A stretch of 64,000 bases of DNA from Reclinomonas americana ATCC 50394 (Eukaryota): assembly GCA_048213135.1 (NCBI GenBank), contig PS015010.1:992001-1056000 (forward strand), given 5' to 3'. The position numbers and the translations under genes were made by a program. The notes under the pieces are model-generated. The model had not been told where the DNA came from. It made no database searches and saw only the letters and a program-made list of their open reading frames with translations. Numbering within the stretch: the first letter of the stretch is position 1; each line of letters opens with the position of its first letter. This document shows, piece by piece, positions 19,763-29,713 of the stretch.

Positions 19763-21280
19763 CTAATGTGCTCCTTTTTTTATGCCCAGTCTTTTCAGGA
19801 ATACATTCCATACCGGCAGTACGTCGGGTGAGAGCCTCAGCAGAACGGTTCCTCCTGCATATAAAACCATAAAAGCAAGGCTTCGCAACAGGATGGGACC
19901 AATGCCTGAAAGATTACGGAAAAGGAAATAGCAGGTAAAATAGGAAGCGAGGCCAAGGGCGATACAGTACAGGGTTTTAACCGTGAATGGCTGCAGTTTA
20001 TATTTTTTGTAAAGAAACCAGTAACGGATGGCATTGTATATCGTAAATGAAATCAGGTTGGCAATTGCAGGTCCGAGGATATCAAAATAATATTTAGTGA
20101 GAATATAGTTAAGCGGCAGTGTGAACAGGATGAGTAACACCCCGGTAATAAAATCAAACTGCCATCGCGTGGATGTGCCAATGATCTGTGAACTGACTCC
20201 TGTACCCATATCGATAATACGCATGAGCCCGATATAAAAAAAGACCCATTTCGCATCAATATAACCACTCTGTAACCTGAATGTAAAAATGCCATCTGAA
20301 AAATTCAGCCAGATCAGGGAGAACATACCAACGGAAAAAATCAACTGGTTGATGGATGAACTATGGTAGATCCGGGATATGCGGCTCATGTCCTTATCTT
20401 TCCAGGCTTTGGAAAGTCCTGCAATAGAAGCGGAAATAATACCGCGCTGCGGTGCCTGTATAAGGCTTGAAACGTTTTGTGCCAGCGTGTATACAGCCAC
20501 TTTGGCCAGGCCATCCTGTAATACGGACGCGATCAGGAAGGTGTCGAATACCTGGGAAATAATCAGTACAATGCCCCCGCCATAAACAAAACTGATGAGG
20601 GTAACTATTTTTTTAAAAAACTTCCTGGTTACACGACTGACCCGAAACGTAAAATGTATTTCTCCTTTAATAGCCAGGTACACTATCAAAATGAGTGCAA
20701 TGGCCAGGTAGCTGAAAGCATACAATTTGATGAACAGGTCAAACCCGGAGAGTATTCCTGCAAAAGTGAGTACGATCAGCAGGGTGGCGAACAACCGGAA
20801 CTGGATTTCCTTTAAAAAATTGGTCAGTATGGAACGATGCAACTGCCAGGCATAAGCCTCAAGAATAGAGAAGATGGTCAGCCCCAGGCCAAAAGGGAAA
20901 ATGTAGATATAGTACTTGATAAATTCAGGAGAATTGGCCCCGAATTTCCGGATCACGAGGTCCTTGAAAACAAATCCGGCAACAGTAATAAGGCCGAAAC
21001 CAAGAAGGGAGAGGAGCAGCGACCAGGTCAGCATGTCGTTCTGCCTGCGGGGAAGGTTATCGTTGTAATAAGGATAAAACTTATAAATATATGCCCCCAT
21101 TCCCAGGTTAGATACACCATACATAATACTGGCTACAGCGATAAAGATGCCAATAAGTCCATATTCCGGTTTGGTAAACCCGCCTTCCTTTGTAAAAAGA
21201 TAAGTATTCAGGAAACCGATGGCAAAACCAATATACACCACAACCGATGAAATAAGGCTTTGCTTTCTGATCTGCGACAT
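19763..21280 (-). CDS. Polysaccharide/oligosaccharide flippase (MOP superfamily)
   Basis: ~14 hydrophobic segments; IRKQS..S N-terminus; LNYIL....GPAIA C-terminal motif. Confidence 0.8.
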   Translation of the reverse strand: MSQIRKQSLISSVVVYIGFAIGFLNTYLFTKEGGFTKPEYGLIGIFIAVASIMYGVSNLGMGAYIYKFYPYYNDNLPRRQNDMLTWSLLLSLLGFGLITVAGFVFKDLVIRKFGANSPEFIKYYIYIFPFGLGLTIFSILEAYAWQLHRSILTNFLKEIQFRLFATLLIVLTFAGILSGFDLFIKLYAFSYLAIALILIVYLAIKGEIHFTFRVSRVTRKFFKKIVTLISFVYGGGIVLIISQVFDTFLIASVLQDGLAKVAVYTLAQNVSSLIQAPQRGIISASIAGLSKAWKDKDMSRISRIYHSSSINQLIFSVGMFSLIWLNFSDGIFTFRLQSGYIDAKWVFFYIGLMRIIDMGTGVSSQIIGTSTRWQFDFITGVLLILFTLPLNYILTKYYFDILGPAIANLISFTIYNAIRYWFLYKKYKLQPFTVKTLYCIALGLASYFTCYFLFRNLSGIGPILLRSLAFMVLYAGGTVLLRLSPDVLPVWNVFLKRLGIKKGAH

Positions 21281-21289
21281 GCCGCTAAA

Positions 21290-22969
21290 CTACTCTACTT
21301 TTTTCGTATTGATGTAGAAATTGGGATCAACTTTAAATTCATTGTCGCCTTCAGGATAGAGATCCAGCTTTTTCCACTCTTCCGTTGGCTTGATCCACTG
21401 TTCTGTTTTGAAGATTATTTTCAGCGGCATATTAAAACCTTTTACACAAGTGGTGTAACGGTATTGCAGGCTGTGACCTTCTACTTTGTACTCCAGTGTG
21501 GGTACCTGCGTGGTGGTAAGGTATTGTTCAAATACCTTGCTGAAATCGATGCCCGATTGTTTGATGATGTATTCCTGCACCTGTTTGCCGGTAACGGTCT
21601 GGTGATAGAAGGTTTTATTAAGCCCCCTCAGTATCTGCCTGAATTTTTCATCATTATTGATCACCTGGCGGATGGCGTGCAGCATATTACCGGCTTTGTA
21701 ATACATATCGCCGCTGCCTTCCTGGTTCACGCCATAAGGACCCACAATGGGAATATCGTTGGCGATATTTTTCCGGGTTCCTATCACATAGGCGTTGCCG
21801 GCTTCCTTGCCATAATAATAATCAGTGAACAGGGTTTCGCTGTAGTTGGTAAACCCTTCGTGTACCCACATATCGGCAATATCTTTTGTGGTGATATTAT
21901 TCGCGAACCATTCGTGCCCGCTTTCATGTACAATGATGAAGTCCCATTTCAGGCCCCAGTTACTGCCGCTGAGGTCGCGGCCGGAGTAGCCCATCTGGTA
22001 ACCGTTGCCGTAAGCGATGGCGCTCTGGTGTTCCATTCCCAGGTGTGGAGCGTCAACCAGCTTGTAACCATCCTTGTAAAAAGGGTAGGGACCAAACCAG
22101 TATTCAAACGCTTTCATCATGCGGGTAGCGTCGGTGAATTGTTTCTTTGCTTTCTCCAGGTTATAATCGAGTACCCAGTAATCCATGTCCAGTTTGCCTT
22201 TTTCACCATTGTATACTTCACCGAAGTGAACATATTTACCGATGTAAGGAACGATATTGTAGTTGTTGATGGGCTCTGTTACGGCCCAGTCGTAGGTCAC
22301 GGTGCCGTCGGCGTTCTCTGTTTTACCCCTGAAGCGGCCATTGCTTACGCAAACCAGGTCTTTGGAAATGGTAAAATGGGTCTCGGCACTATCGGGTTCA
22401 TCTGCCTGGTAATCCTTGCAGGGATACCATACGCTGGCACCCAGTCCCTGGCAGGCAACCGATATCCAGGGATTCTGCTGTTTGTCTTTACGCCATATAA
22501 GGCCACCATCCCAGGGTGCCCTGCGGGCCACTTTGGGGCGGCCATGATAATAAATGCTGATGGTGCCAATACTTTTTGCAGCAAGCGTAGCCGCCGGAAA
22601 AAAGTAAGCATCGCCTTCGTGTTGAAGGGTTTTACCGGGCAGGGTAGTGCTGCCTTTAGCGTCTTTTCTTACAATACTGTCTATTACCAGTCCGGGTTGC
22701 AGGTCGATCTGCATCGTTTTGCCTGGTTTCAGTACTTTATATTGAATGTTGTTGTAACCACTGATGGTGCTGTCGCTGTTGTTGAAACGCACATGCAGGT
22801 CATATTTCAGGGCATCCCACCAGTCGCGGCCGGGGCCGTTGCTACCCCTGAGGGTATCCGCATGGGTGAAGGCGTGCTGCGGAGTAAGGGGTTGTGCTGT
22901 TGCAGTAAGGGAAAATAAAGAACTGCAGAGCAGCAGTGCTAATAATTTCAGCAGGGAAAGATGTTTCAT
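21290..22969 (-). CDS. Secreted M1 family metallopeptidase
   Basis: GMEHQ, HESGHEWF...WVHEGF, YYKAG; signal peptide. Confidence 0.9.
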   Translation of the reverse strand: MKHLSLLKLLALLLCSSLFSLTATAQPLTPQHAFTHADTLRGSNGPGRDWWDALKYDLHVRFNNSDSTISGYNNIQYKVLKPGKTMQIDLQPGLVIDSIVRKDAKGSTTLPGKTLQHEGDAYFFPAATLAAKSIGTISIYYHGRPKVARRAPWDGGLIWRKDKQQNPWISVACQGLGASVWYPCKDYQADEPDSAETHFTISKDLVCVSNGRFRGKTENADGTVTYDWAVTEPINNYNIVPYIGKYVHFGEVYNGEKGKLDMDYWVLDYNLEKAKKQFTDATRMMKAFEYWFGPYPFYKDGYKLVDAPHLGMEHQSAIAYGNGYQMGYSGRDLSGSNWGLKWDFIIVHESGHEWFANNITTKDIADMWVHEGFTNYSETLFTDYYYGKEAGNAYVIGTRKNIANDIPIVGPYGVNQEGSGDMYYKAGNMLHAIRQVINNDEKFRQILRGLNKTFYHQTVTGKQVQEYIIKQSGIDFSKVFEQYLTTTQVPTLEYKVEGHSLQYRYTTCVKGFNMPLKIIFKTEQWIKPTEEWKKLDLYPEGDNEFKVDPNFYINTKKVE

Positions 22970-23027
22970 GTGCGTTGAGATTATGAATCGGTATTAAATG
23001 CTAATTTAGTTCTCTTTCATTGTATTG

Positions 23028-24730
23028 ATGAACCGTTCAACAAATAGATACAGAATGCCGGATGCCGGATACGGGATACAGGATACGGGATACAGGATAC
23101 GGCGATCGTATCTGAACTGGTATCCGGTAGCTGGTATCTTGTTTTTTTCCTGTTCTCCTGTACCAATGCCCGCCATGAAGATAAATCCATCTTCCGGTAC
23201 AATGAAAGCAGCGGACTGGCTTCGCTTGACCCGGCTTTTGCCAAAAATAAACAGGTGATGTGGAACGTGCACCAGTTGTACAACACGCTGATCGAGATCG
23301 ACAGCAATATGGAGCTGAAAGGCTCACTGGCCCGGCGGTGGGAGGTTTCGGCGGATAACCTGGTTTTCGATTTTTACCTGAGGAACGATGTCAGTTTCAC
23401 CGATGATGCCTGTTTTCCCGGCGGGAAAGGGCGGAAGCTGACGGCGCACGATGTGGAGTACAGTTTCAAACGCATTATTGATAAAAATACCGCCAGTCCG
23501 GGTGCCTGGATCTTCAACAACCGTGCAGACAGTACCGATGGGTTCAGGGCCCTCAACGATTCCGTATTCCGGCTGAAACTGCAAAGACCCTTTCAATCCA
23601 TACTCGGCATCCTCAGCATGCAGTATTGTTCCATAGTTCCGCGGGAGGCGGTGGAAAAATACGGCGTCGATTTCCGCAGGCATCCTGTAGGCACAGGACC
23701 GTTCCGTTTTGTGGCCTGGGAGGAAGGGCAGGCGCTGGTCATGACAAGGAATGACAAGTATTTTGAACGGGATGCATCGGGTAACGCTTTACCTTATCTC
23801 GATGGCATTAAAGTATCCTTTTACGACAGTAAGGCCACCGAATTTCTGGAGTTCCAGCAAAACCGGCTGGACTTTATTGACGATATCGACGCTTCTTTTA
23901 AGGACGAGGTGCTGACCAAAACAGGCAACCTCAAAAAACAATGGACAGGTAAGATACAACTGCACAAACATCCTTATCTCAATATTGAATACCTGGGTAT
24001 TTTGATGGATGGTGATAATGCACTGGTGAAACAATCTCCCATGCGTTCGCTGAAGATCAGGCAGGCCATCAATTACGGGTTCGACAGGCGGAAGATGATG
24101 CTGTACCTGCGGAATAGTATCGGCACCGCGGCGGAGAGTGGTTTTGTACCTGCCGGTCTGCCTTCATTCGACAGCAGCCTGGTAAAAGGATATCACTATG
24201 ATCCTGCCAAATCCCGGCAGCTGCTGGAAGAGGCGGGGTTTCCCGGCGGAAAAGGTTTGCCGCAAATAAAACTGCTGACCATTCCCATTTATGGCGACCT
24301 GGGTTCTTATATCGCCAATGAATTGCGGCAGCTGGGTATCAACATCCAGGTAGAAGTAATACAAAAAAGCCTGCTGATGGAACAGATGGCCAAATCGCAG
24401 GCCGCTTTTTTTCGTGGCAGCTGGATCGCAGACTATCCCGATGCAGAAAACTACCTCAGCGTTTTTTACGGGAAGAACCCCGCGCCGCCCAACTATACGC
24501 GTTACCATAACCCCATTTATGATGCCTTGTATGAAAAAGCCATGTCGGAAAAAAATGATACGCTGCGTTACCAGTTGTACCGTCAGCTTGATCAATTGCT
24601 CATCAACGATGCGCCGGTGGTACCGTTATGGTACGATATGGCCATACACCTGGTACACAACAACGTCATCAACTTTACACCCAACAGCCTGAACTTACTG
24701 GAGCTGAGAAGGGTAAGGAAAATAAAATAA
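23028..24730 (+). CDS. ABC transporter solute-binding lipoprotein (family 5), frameshifted at T7 tract 23142-23148
   Basis: SLDPAFA, LTAHDVEYSFKR, PVGTGPF, WIADYPDAENYL; lipobox LFSC (Cys 23159) has no in-frame ATG, while ATG 23028/23055 lie one frame off. Confidence 0.75.
23046..23101. repeat. Eight tandem heptamers, consensus GGATACR
   Basis: agataca gaatgcc ggatgcc ggatacg ggataca ggatacg ggataca ggatacg. Confidence 0.9.
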
Positions 24731-24821
24731 AGGAAGAAGACCCGTCAGTGCAGGGATGAATTAACAAATGAGAAGGACAATTTTGAATTTTGATTTTTTA
24801 CTTTTGAATTAAAACAGCATC

Positions 24822-25208
24822 ATGAAACAACTTGCCGTAACAGGTATACTTGCACTTATTGTACTCACCGGGATCGCTGCCATCAGTGCACCTTCCGATA
24901 AACCCAAAAACCTGAAAATACTACCCAAAAATATCTCCGAAAAGGCGCTGGACAGTATTATGGAAAGCTATAATGCAGCGCTGGGCGTGCAATGCAACTT
25001 CTGTCACAAACAGGATAAGCAGACCGAGGTCTTCGATTTTGCCAGCGATGCGAAATCTGAAAAACTGATTACCAGGAAGATGATGCTGATGACCACGGAT
25101 ATCAACAAGAAATACTTCCAGTTCAACCCGGCGGCGAAAGACGCTATACAGGCCGTGACCTGCAAAACCTGTCACAGGGGGAATCCTATGCCGGCACTGG
25201 CGGAGTAA
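24822..25208 (+). CDS. Small di-haem c-type cytochrome (reaction-centre cytochrome c subunit-like)
   Basis: Signal peptide; KNLKIL, LGVQCNFCH, VTCKTCHRG. Confidence 0.85.
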   Translation: MKQLAVTGILALIVLTGIAAISAPSDKPKNLKILPKNISEKALDSIMESYNAALGVQCNFCHKQDKQTEVFDFASDAKSEKLITRKMMLMTTDINKKYFQFNPAAKDAIQAVTCKTCHRGNPMPALAE

Positions 25209-25291
25209 GCATGTGCAAATGTTCGAATATGAGAATGAGTAAATTAGAAAGAAAATTCGCATATCCGCACATTATTACATCCGCATATTTA

Positions 25292-25942
25292 TTATTGTTT
25301 TTTCAACTTCTTTTTAAACACCTTCTCAAACTTTTCCACTTTAGGCCTGATCACGATCTGGCAGTAACCCTGTCCTGAGTTGTTGCGGTAATAATTCTGG
25401 TGATAGTCTTCCGCGGGATAAAAAACGGTGAACGGCTCCAGTGTTGTTACAATGGGATTGTCGAATGCGCCGCTTTTATCGAGTTCCGCTTTGTATTTTT
25501 CAGCCTTAGCCTTTTGTTCGGCGTTGTGATAAAATATTACGCTGCGGTATTGAGGTCCCACATCGGCGCCCTGGCGGTTCAATGTGGTGGGATCGTGGGT
25601 TTGCCAGAATATTTCCAGCAGTTCGTCAAAACTGATCTTCGCGGGGTCATATACAATGTTCAGGCATTCCGCGTGGCCGGTGGTTTTGTTACACACCTGC
25701 TCATAAGTAGGGTTGGGCACATGCCCGCCGCTGTAACCGCTGGTTACTTTGTCAACGCCTTCCAGTTGCTGGAAGATGGCTTCCGTGCACCAGAAACAAC
25801 CGGTGCCGAAAGTGGCCGTGTCCCTGGCTGCAGTTGATGATGTCATTGGGGTTTTCTCCTTTTTTATGGTTGGTTTATCTTGCTGTGCGCAGGATTGTAA
25901 TCCTATGAAACTGATAGCTGATATTAAAAATAACCGGATCAT
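25292..25942 (-). CDS. msrA: Peptide methionine sulfoxide reductase A (lipoprotein signal)
   Basis: GCFWCTE, GYSGG, HDPTTLNRQG.DVG.QYRS, AEDYHQNY; LQSC lipobox. Confidence 0.95.
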   Translation of the reverse strand: MIRLFLISAISFIGLQSCAQQDKPTIKKEKTPMTSSTAARDTATFGTGCFWCTEAIFQQLEGVDKVTSGYSGGHVPNPTYEQVCNKTTGHAECLNIVYDPAKISFDELLEIFWQTHDPTTLNRQGADVGPQYRSVIFYHNAEQKAKAEKYKAELDKSGAFDNPIVTTLEPFTVFYPAEDYHQNYYRNNSGQGYCQIVIRPKVEKFEKVFKKKLKKQ

Positions 25943-26026
25943 TTTCTGAGTTTGATATATCTACGCAAAGTTATTTTAGTTAGATTGTATAACCATTTTT
26001 TGCAACAAAAGTTTAACAAAGGCCTT

Positions 26027-26503
26027 ATGACCAGGAATATCGCACTTTGCATGATTATTGCGCTGGTGATAACCGGCTGTAAACCCCCGTCGCATATGTC
26101 ACCCATTCAAACACACGCCATCCGTTTATTGCCCGGGCAGGACCTGAAGCAGTCCATCCAGCAACTGGTGAATGATAAGCACATAGAGGCCGGCTGGGTG
26201 AGCGCCTGCGCCGGCAGCCTTACCCGGTACCATATCCGTTTCGCGAATCAGCCCAATGCCACGGCCGACAGTGGTCATTTTGAGATCGTAAGCCTCAGCG
26301 GTACGGTTTCGGTGAACGGTTCGCACCTGCACATCAGTATCAGCGACAGCACGGGGCGAACGATCGGGGGGCACCTGATGGAGGGCTGTATTGTATACAC
26401 CACCGCGGAGATCGTGCTTTTGAGCAACGACAGCCTGGTATTCAAACGGGAAAAAGACGGAACAACACCATGGGAGGAGTTGTCTATTCAGCCCAAAAAG
26501 TGA
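26027..26503 (+). CDS. PPC/DUF296 domain protein
   Basis: RLLPGQDL, EIVSLSGT, HLHISISD.TG.TIGGHL, TTAEIV. Confidence 0.88.
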   Translation: MTRNIALCMIIALVITGCKPPSHMSPIQTHAIRLLPGQDLKQSIQQLVNDKHIEAGWVSACAGSLTRYHIRFANQPNATADSGHFEIVSLSGTVSVNGSHLHISISDSTGRTIGGHLMEGCIVYTTAEIVLLSNDSLVFKREKDGTTPWEELSIQPKK

Positions 26504-26567
26504 ATGTGCAGATGTACGAATGCTAGGATGTGCGGATATGCGAATGTGAGGATATGCAGATGTGAGA
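26504..26567. repeat. Eight tandem octamers, consensus ATRTGCRR
   Basis: atgtgcag atgtacga atgctagg atgtgcgg atatgcga atgtgagg atatgcag atgtgaga, starting right after the stop codon. Confidence 0.85.
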
Positions 26568-26651
26568 ATCAGGAAATGTAACGCTGCAGTTACTTTAAGA
26601 CATTCGTAATTCGGCATTCGTAATTAACTTTGCCGTTCAAAAACAAGAAAG

Positions 26652-28754
26652 TTGAAATTTTTCCCCGATTCGGCGCTCGTACAGCTGGAGTATGATAAGA
26701 TCAAAGCCCTGCTCACAGCGCATTGCCGTGCCGAATACGCCAAGCATAAAGCCGCCAACCTGAGGATACATACCCGGAAAGAGTTTATCCTGCGTGAACT
26801 GCAGCAGACCAACGAGTACAAACTCATCATGCAGTCGGGTCTCTATTTTCCCAATGATTTTGTGCATAACCTGCAAAAGGAGCTGAAACTGCTGGGGATC
26901 CCCGGCGCTGTACTGAGCGGCGAACAATTCCTGCAGGTAAAGAAACTGGCTGAGAACATGTCGAATGTCTTCCGCTGGTTTGATAACGAACGCCGGGCGG
27001 CTTACCCGGGCCTTGCCGAAGTGATCCGCGATACCTATTATGAAAAAGTGATCGTGGAAATGATTGATGAAGTGCTTGACGAAACCGGCAGTGTAAAAGA
27101 CAACGCCAGCGAGGAACTGTCGTCCATACGCATGAACCTGTACCGCAAAAGGAATGAGCTGCGGCGGGTGTTTGACCGTATTGTGAGCAAACTCAACAAA
27201 CAGGGTTACCTGGCCGATATAGAAGAAAGTTTTATGAATGGCAGGAGGGTACTGGCTGTTTTTGCCGAACAGAAGCGGATGATCAAAGGCATTCTTCACG
27301 GCGAAAGCGACAGCCGCCGTACCAGTTTCATTGAACCGGAAGAGACTACCGGTCTGAACAACGATATTTTCTCGCTTGAGCACGAGGAGAGCAGGGAAGT
27401 GTACCGCATTCTGCGCTCACTTACGCAAAAGCTGAGCGTATACGCGTCGCTGCTGACCGGTTACCATACCATTGCAGGTGAATATGACTTTACCCGGGCC
27501 AAGGCTAAGTTTGCCATCGAACTGAATGCCGCCTATCCGCAGGTGTCAGACAAAGCGCATGTGCAGCTCATCAACGCCTGTCATCCTTTGCTGCTGCTGT
27601 ACAACAGTGCCAACCAGAAACCCACTATTCCGGTAACACTTACCCTTAATGAGAAGCAACGCATCCTCGTGATCAGTGGCCCCAATGCCGGCGGTAAAAC
27701 AGTAACGCTCAAAACTGTTGGCCTCCTGCAACTGATGCTGCAAAGTGGTTTACTGGTGCCCGTTCACCCCGACAGTGAAATGGGGATATTCAAACAGGTG
27801 ATGATCCACATCGGCGATACGCAGAGCCTGGAATTTGAGCTGAGTACCTATTCTTCGCACCTGAAGAATATGAAACATTTTATGGAATCCGCCAACGGAC
27901 GAACGCTCTTCTTCATCGATGAACTCGGCAGCGGCAGTGATCCCAACCTGGGTGGGGCTTTCGCAGAAGTGATCATGGAAGAACTGGCGCACAAACACAG
28001 TTTTGGTATTGTGACCACGCACTACCTCAACCTGAAAGTGATGGCCAATAAAGTACCCGGCATTATCAACGGTGCCATGCAGTTCGATGAAAAGAACCTG
28101 CTGCCCATGTACAAACTTGTGGTGGGTAAACCCGGCAGTTCATATACTTTCTCCATCGCGGAGAGGATCGGGCTCGATAAACGGCTTATTGAAAAGGCCC
28201 GCAAACTGGTGGATGATGACCATTTTAATCTTGATAAACTGCTTAACCGCACGGAGCAGGATCTCCAGCATATCGATAAAGAAAAGAATGAACTGCAGAA
28301 ACTGCTCAAAGAGAACGCCCGCCTCAAAAAGGAAATGGAGCACATAATGGATAAAGAACGGCACCGCCAGGAAGTGGAGAAACTGAAATTGCAAAATAAG
28401 GTCTCCGAAGAAAAACTGGCTTACCTGAAAGATATGGAACGCCGCCTGAAAGCCATGGTCATTGAATGGCGCAAGGCTGAGGATAAGGATAAAGTGGTGC
28501 AGATGATCCATGCGTTGTTATTTGCCCAGAAGGAAAAGTTCACCGTGGAAAAGCAACAAAAGAAACTGAATGAGAAATTTGAGGAAATAGGAGGCGACAT
28601 CAGCGTAGGAGATAAGGTAAAAATGCGGCAGAACAGGCAGGTTGGTATCGTAAAAGAGATCAGGGGTAAAAAGGCCATATTGCAGGTGGGTATCATGCCT
28701 ATGACTGTAGAACTGAAAGATCTTGTGGTAGTGAAAGACAAGCAGTTGGAATAA
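26652..28754 (+). CDS. mutS2: MutS2 family protein (no C-terminal Smr domain visible)
   Basis: ISGPNAGGKT, IGDTQS, LSTYSSHL, DELGSGSDP, TTHY, PGSSY; coiled coil then KOW-like VGDKVKM end. Confidence 0.85.
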   Translation: MKFFPDSALVQLEYDKIKALLTAHCRAEYAKHKAANLRIHTRKEFILRELQQTNEYKLIMQSGLYFPNDFVHNLQKELKLLGIPGAVLSGEQFLQVKKLAENMSNVFRWFDNERRAAYPGLAEVIRDTYYEKVIVEMIDEVLDETGSVKDNASEELSSIRMNLYRKRNELRRVFDRIVSKLNKQGYLADIEESFMNGRRVLAVFAEQKRMIKGILHGESDSRRTSFIEPEETTGLNNDIFSLEHEESREVYRILRSLTQKLSVYASLLTGYHTIAGEYDFTRAKAKFAIELNAAYPQVSDKAHVQLINACHPLLLLYNSANQKPTIPVTLTLNEKQRILVISGPNAGGKTVTLKTVGLLQLMLQSGLLVPVHPDSEMGIFKQVMIHIGDTQSLEFELSTYSSHLKNMKHFMESANGRTLFFIDELGSGSDPNLGGAFAEVIMEELAHKHSFGIVTTHYLNLKVMANKVPGIINGAMQFDEKNLLPMYKLVVGKPGSSYTFSIAERIGLDKRLIEKARKLVDDDHFNLDKLLNRTEQDLQHIDKEKNELQKLLKENARLKKEMEHIMDKERHRQEVEKLKLQNKVSEEKLAYLKDMERRLKAMVIEWRKAEDKDKVVQMIHALLFAQKEKFTVEKQQKKLNEKFEEIGGDISVGDKVKMRQNRQVGIVKEIRGKKAILQVGIMPMTVELKDLVVVKDKQLE

Positions 28755-28770
28755 ATAGTTTCCCAAAAAG

Positions 28771-28802
28771 TTTGGGTCGCAAGCATTTCGAACGTACTTT
28801 TG
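28771..28802 (+). promoter_or_regulatory. Bacteroidota housekeeping promoter for tRNA-Ser
   Basis: TTTG (28771-28774) - 20 nt - TACTTTTG (28795-28802). Confidence 0.7.
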
Positions 28803-28806
28803 CCGC

Positions 28807-28891
28807 GGAGAGATGGCAGAGCGGTCGAATGCGGCGGTCTTGAAAACCGTTGACTGTCACAGGTCCGGGGGTTCGAATCCCTCTCTCTCCG
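28807..28891 (+). tRNA. tRNA-Ser(UGA)
   Basis: GGAGAGA/TCTCTCC acceptor stem, GCGGT-ctTGAaa-ACCGT anticodon arm, long variable arm, GGTTCGAATCC; CCA not encoded. Confidence 0.96.
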
Positions 28892-28915
28892 CTCAAATCA
28901 ATACTAAGTATTGCT

Positions 28916-28954
28916 AAACGCTGTAAAATCAATGATTTACAGCGTTTTTCTTTT
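28916..28954 (+). terminator. Hairpin/terminator after tRNA
   Basis: AAACGCTGTAAA-atcaatga-TTTACAGCGTTT-ttctttt. Confidence 0.8.
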
Positions 28955-29008
28955 AGTGGTTATACCAAAAGAAGGCAATAAGTCACATTCTGTTAGTGAG
29001 TTATCAAA

Positions 29009-29330
29009 ATGCTGAAAAACAATCAGTTAGGAAATTAATAGGATTTTCCTCAAGAAGCGCCAAAACAATAGCAAACAGATCAACTCCACTTATCTCTGCA
29101 CTACCATCGATGGCTAAAGTAATGAGCTGACCAGTAAGAGATTTATCGCCTCCATAAACGGAACTCAGCAGCACAAAAAACAAATAGCACTACAGAAGGA
29201 TATTAAAACGCCCGATGCGTAGCTAAAGCCTGGAACAACAGGTATATGAAGCGCAGTATCAAATGATAAAAGGCAGGCTGGAGACAACCGAAAATCCGAA
29301 GCCGCGTTTAACGATGGAGAAGTAAGAACC
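29009..29330 (+). pseudogene. Decayed tyrosine integrase N-terminal (arm DNA-binding) fragment
   Basis: Pieces across frames: FLKKRQ...YLCTTIDG*SNELTSKR / RNSAAQK / DIKT / SLEQQVYEAQYQMI, resembling the Bacteroidota integrase N-terminus (FYLKK...IYLRITVDG...STKR...WN); stops and frameshifts; no catalytic domain. Confidence 0.7.
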
Positions 29331-29713
29331 CAAACTGTTCAATTTCTCCAATGGAAATACACCACATCTTTTTTTTATTCAATAGACTTGAGAAAATGAT
29401 CCGTTACATATGTATCAGAGCTCTCTATGGCATATTGATGGGTAAGTAATAGCCGTAATAACTGCAGGCTTTGTGCAAGTGCCTTAAAAGTCATCTCCTT
29501 TAGTTCTAATGTCTAAAGTATTATCGAATTTCATTTGTAAATACTATTCAGTTGCAAGTATAGCATCTTTAAAATTGCCCGCTAATTGCTAAAAAGATCT
29601 TTTGCAACATATTCTGCTACTACTTAAAGGGCAAGTGATTCATCATCTGTTATTATGCATTTTTTTTTAGATTGCAATCTTGCTATATTTGTTTTTCTAC
29701 CAGTATATTGGTT

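Noticed and set aside
21260..22918. 552 aa plus-strand ORF
   Set aside because: Antisense shadow of the M1 peptidase; no motifs; explained by codon bias
23046..23101. Possible CRISPR array in tandem repeats (also 26504 and 55372)
   Set aside because: Units are 7-8 nt with no unique spacers; no cas genes in the window
24822..25208. Photosynthesis implied by reaction-centre cytochrome-like protein
   Set aside because: Only two haem motifs and no puf/bch genes; such short homologues occur in non-phototrophs
28828..28850. tRNA with TGA anticodon read as selenocysteine or suppressor
   Set aside because: Anticodon UGA decodes UCA (Ser); Sec tRNA has anticodon UCA
28699..28932. 77 aa minus-strand ORF
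   Set aside because: Antisense reading of the tRNA gene
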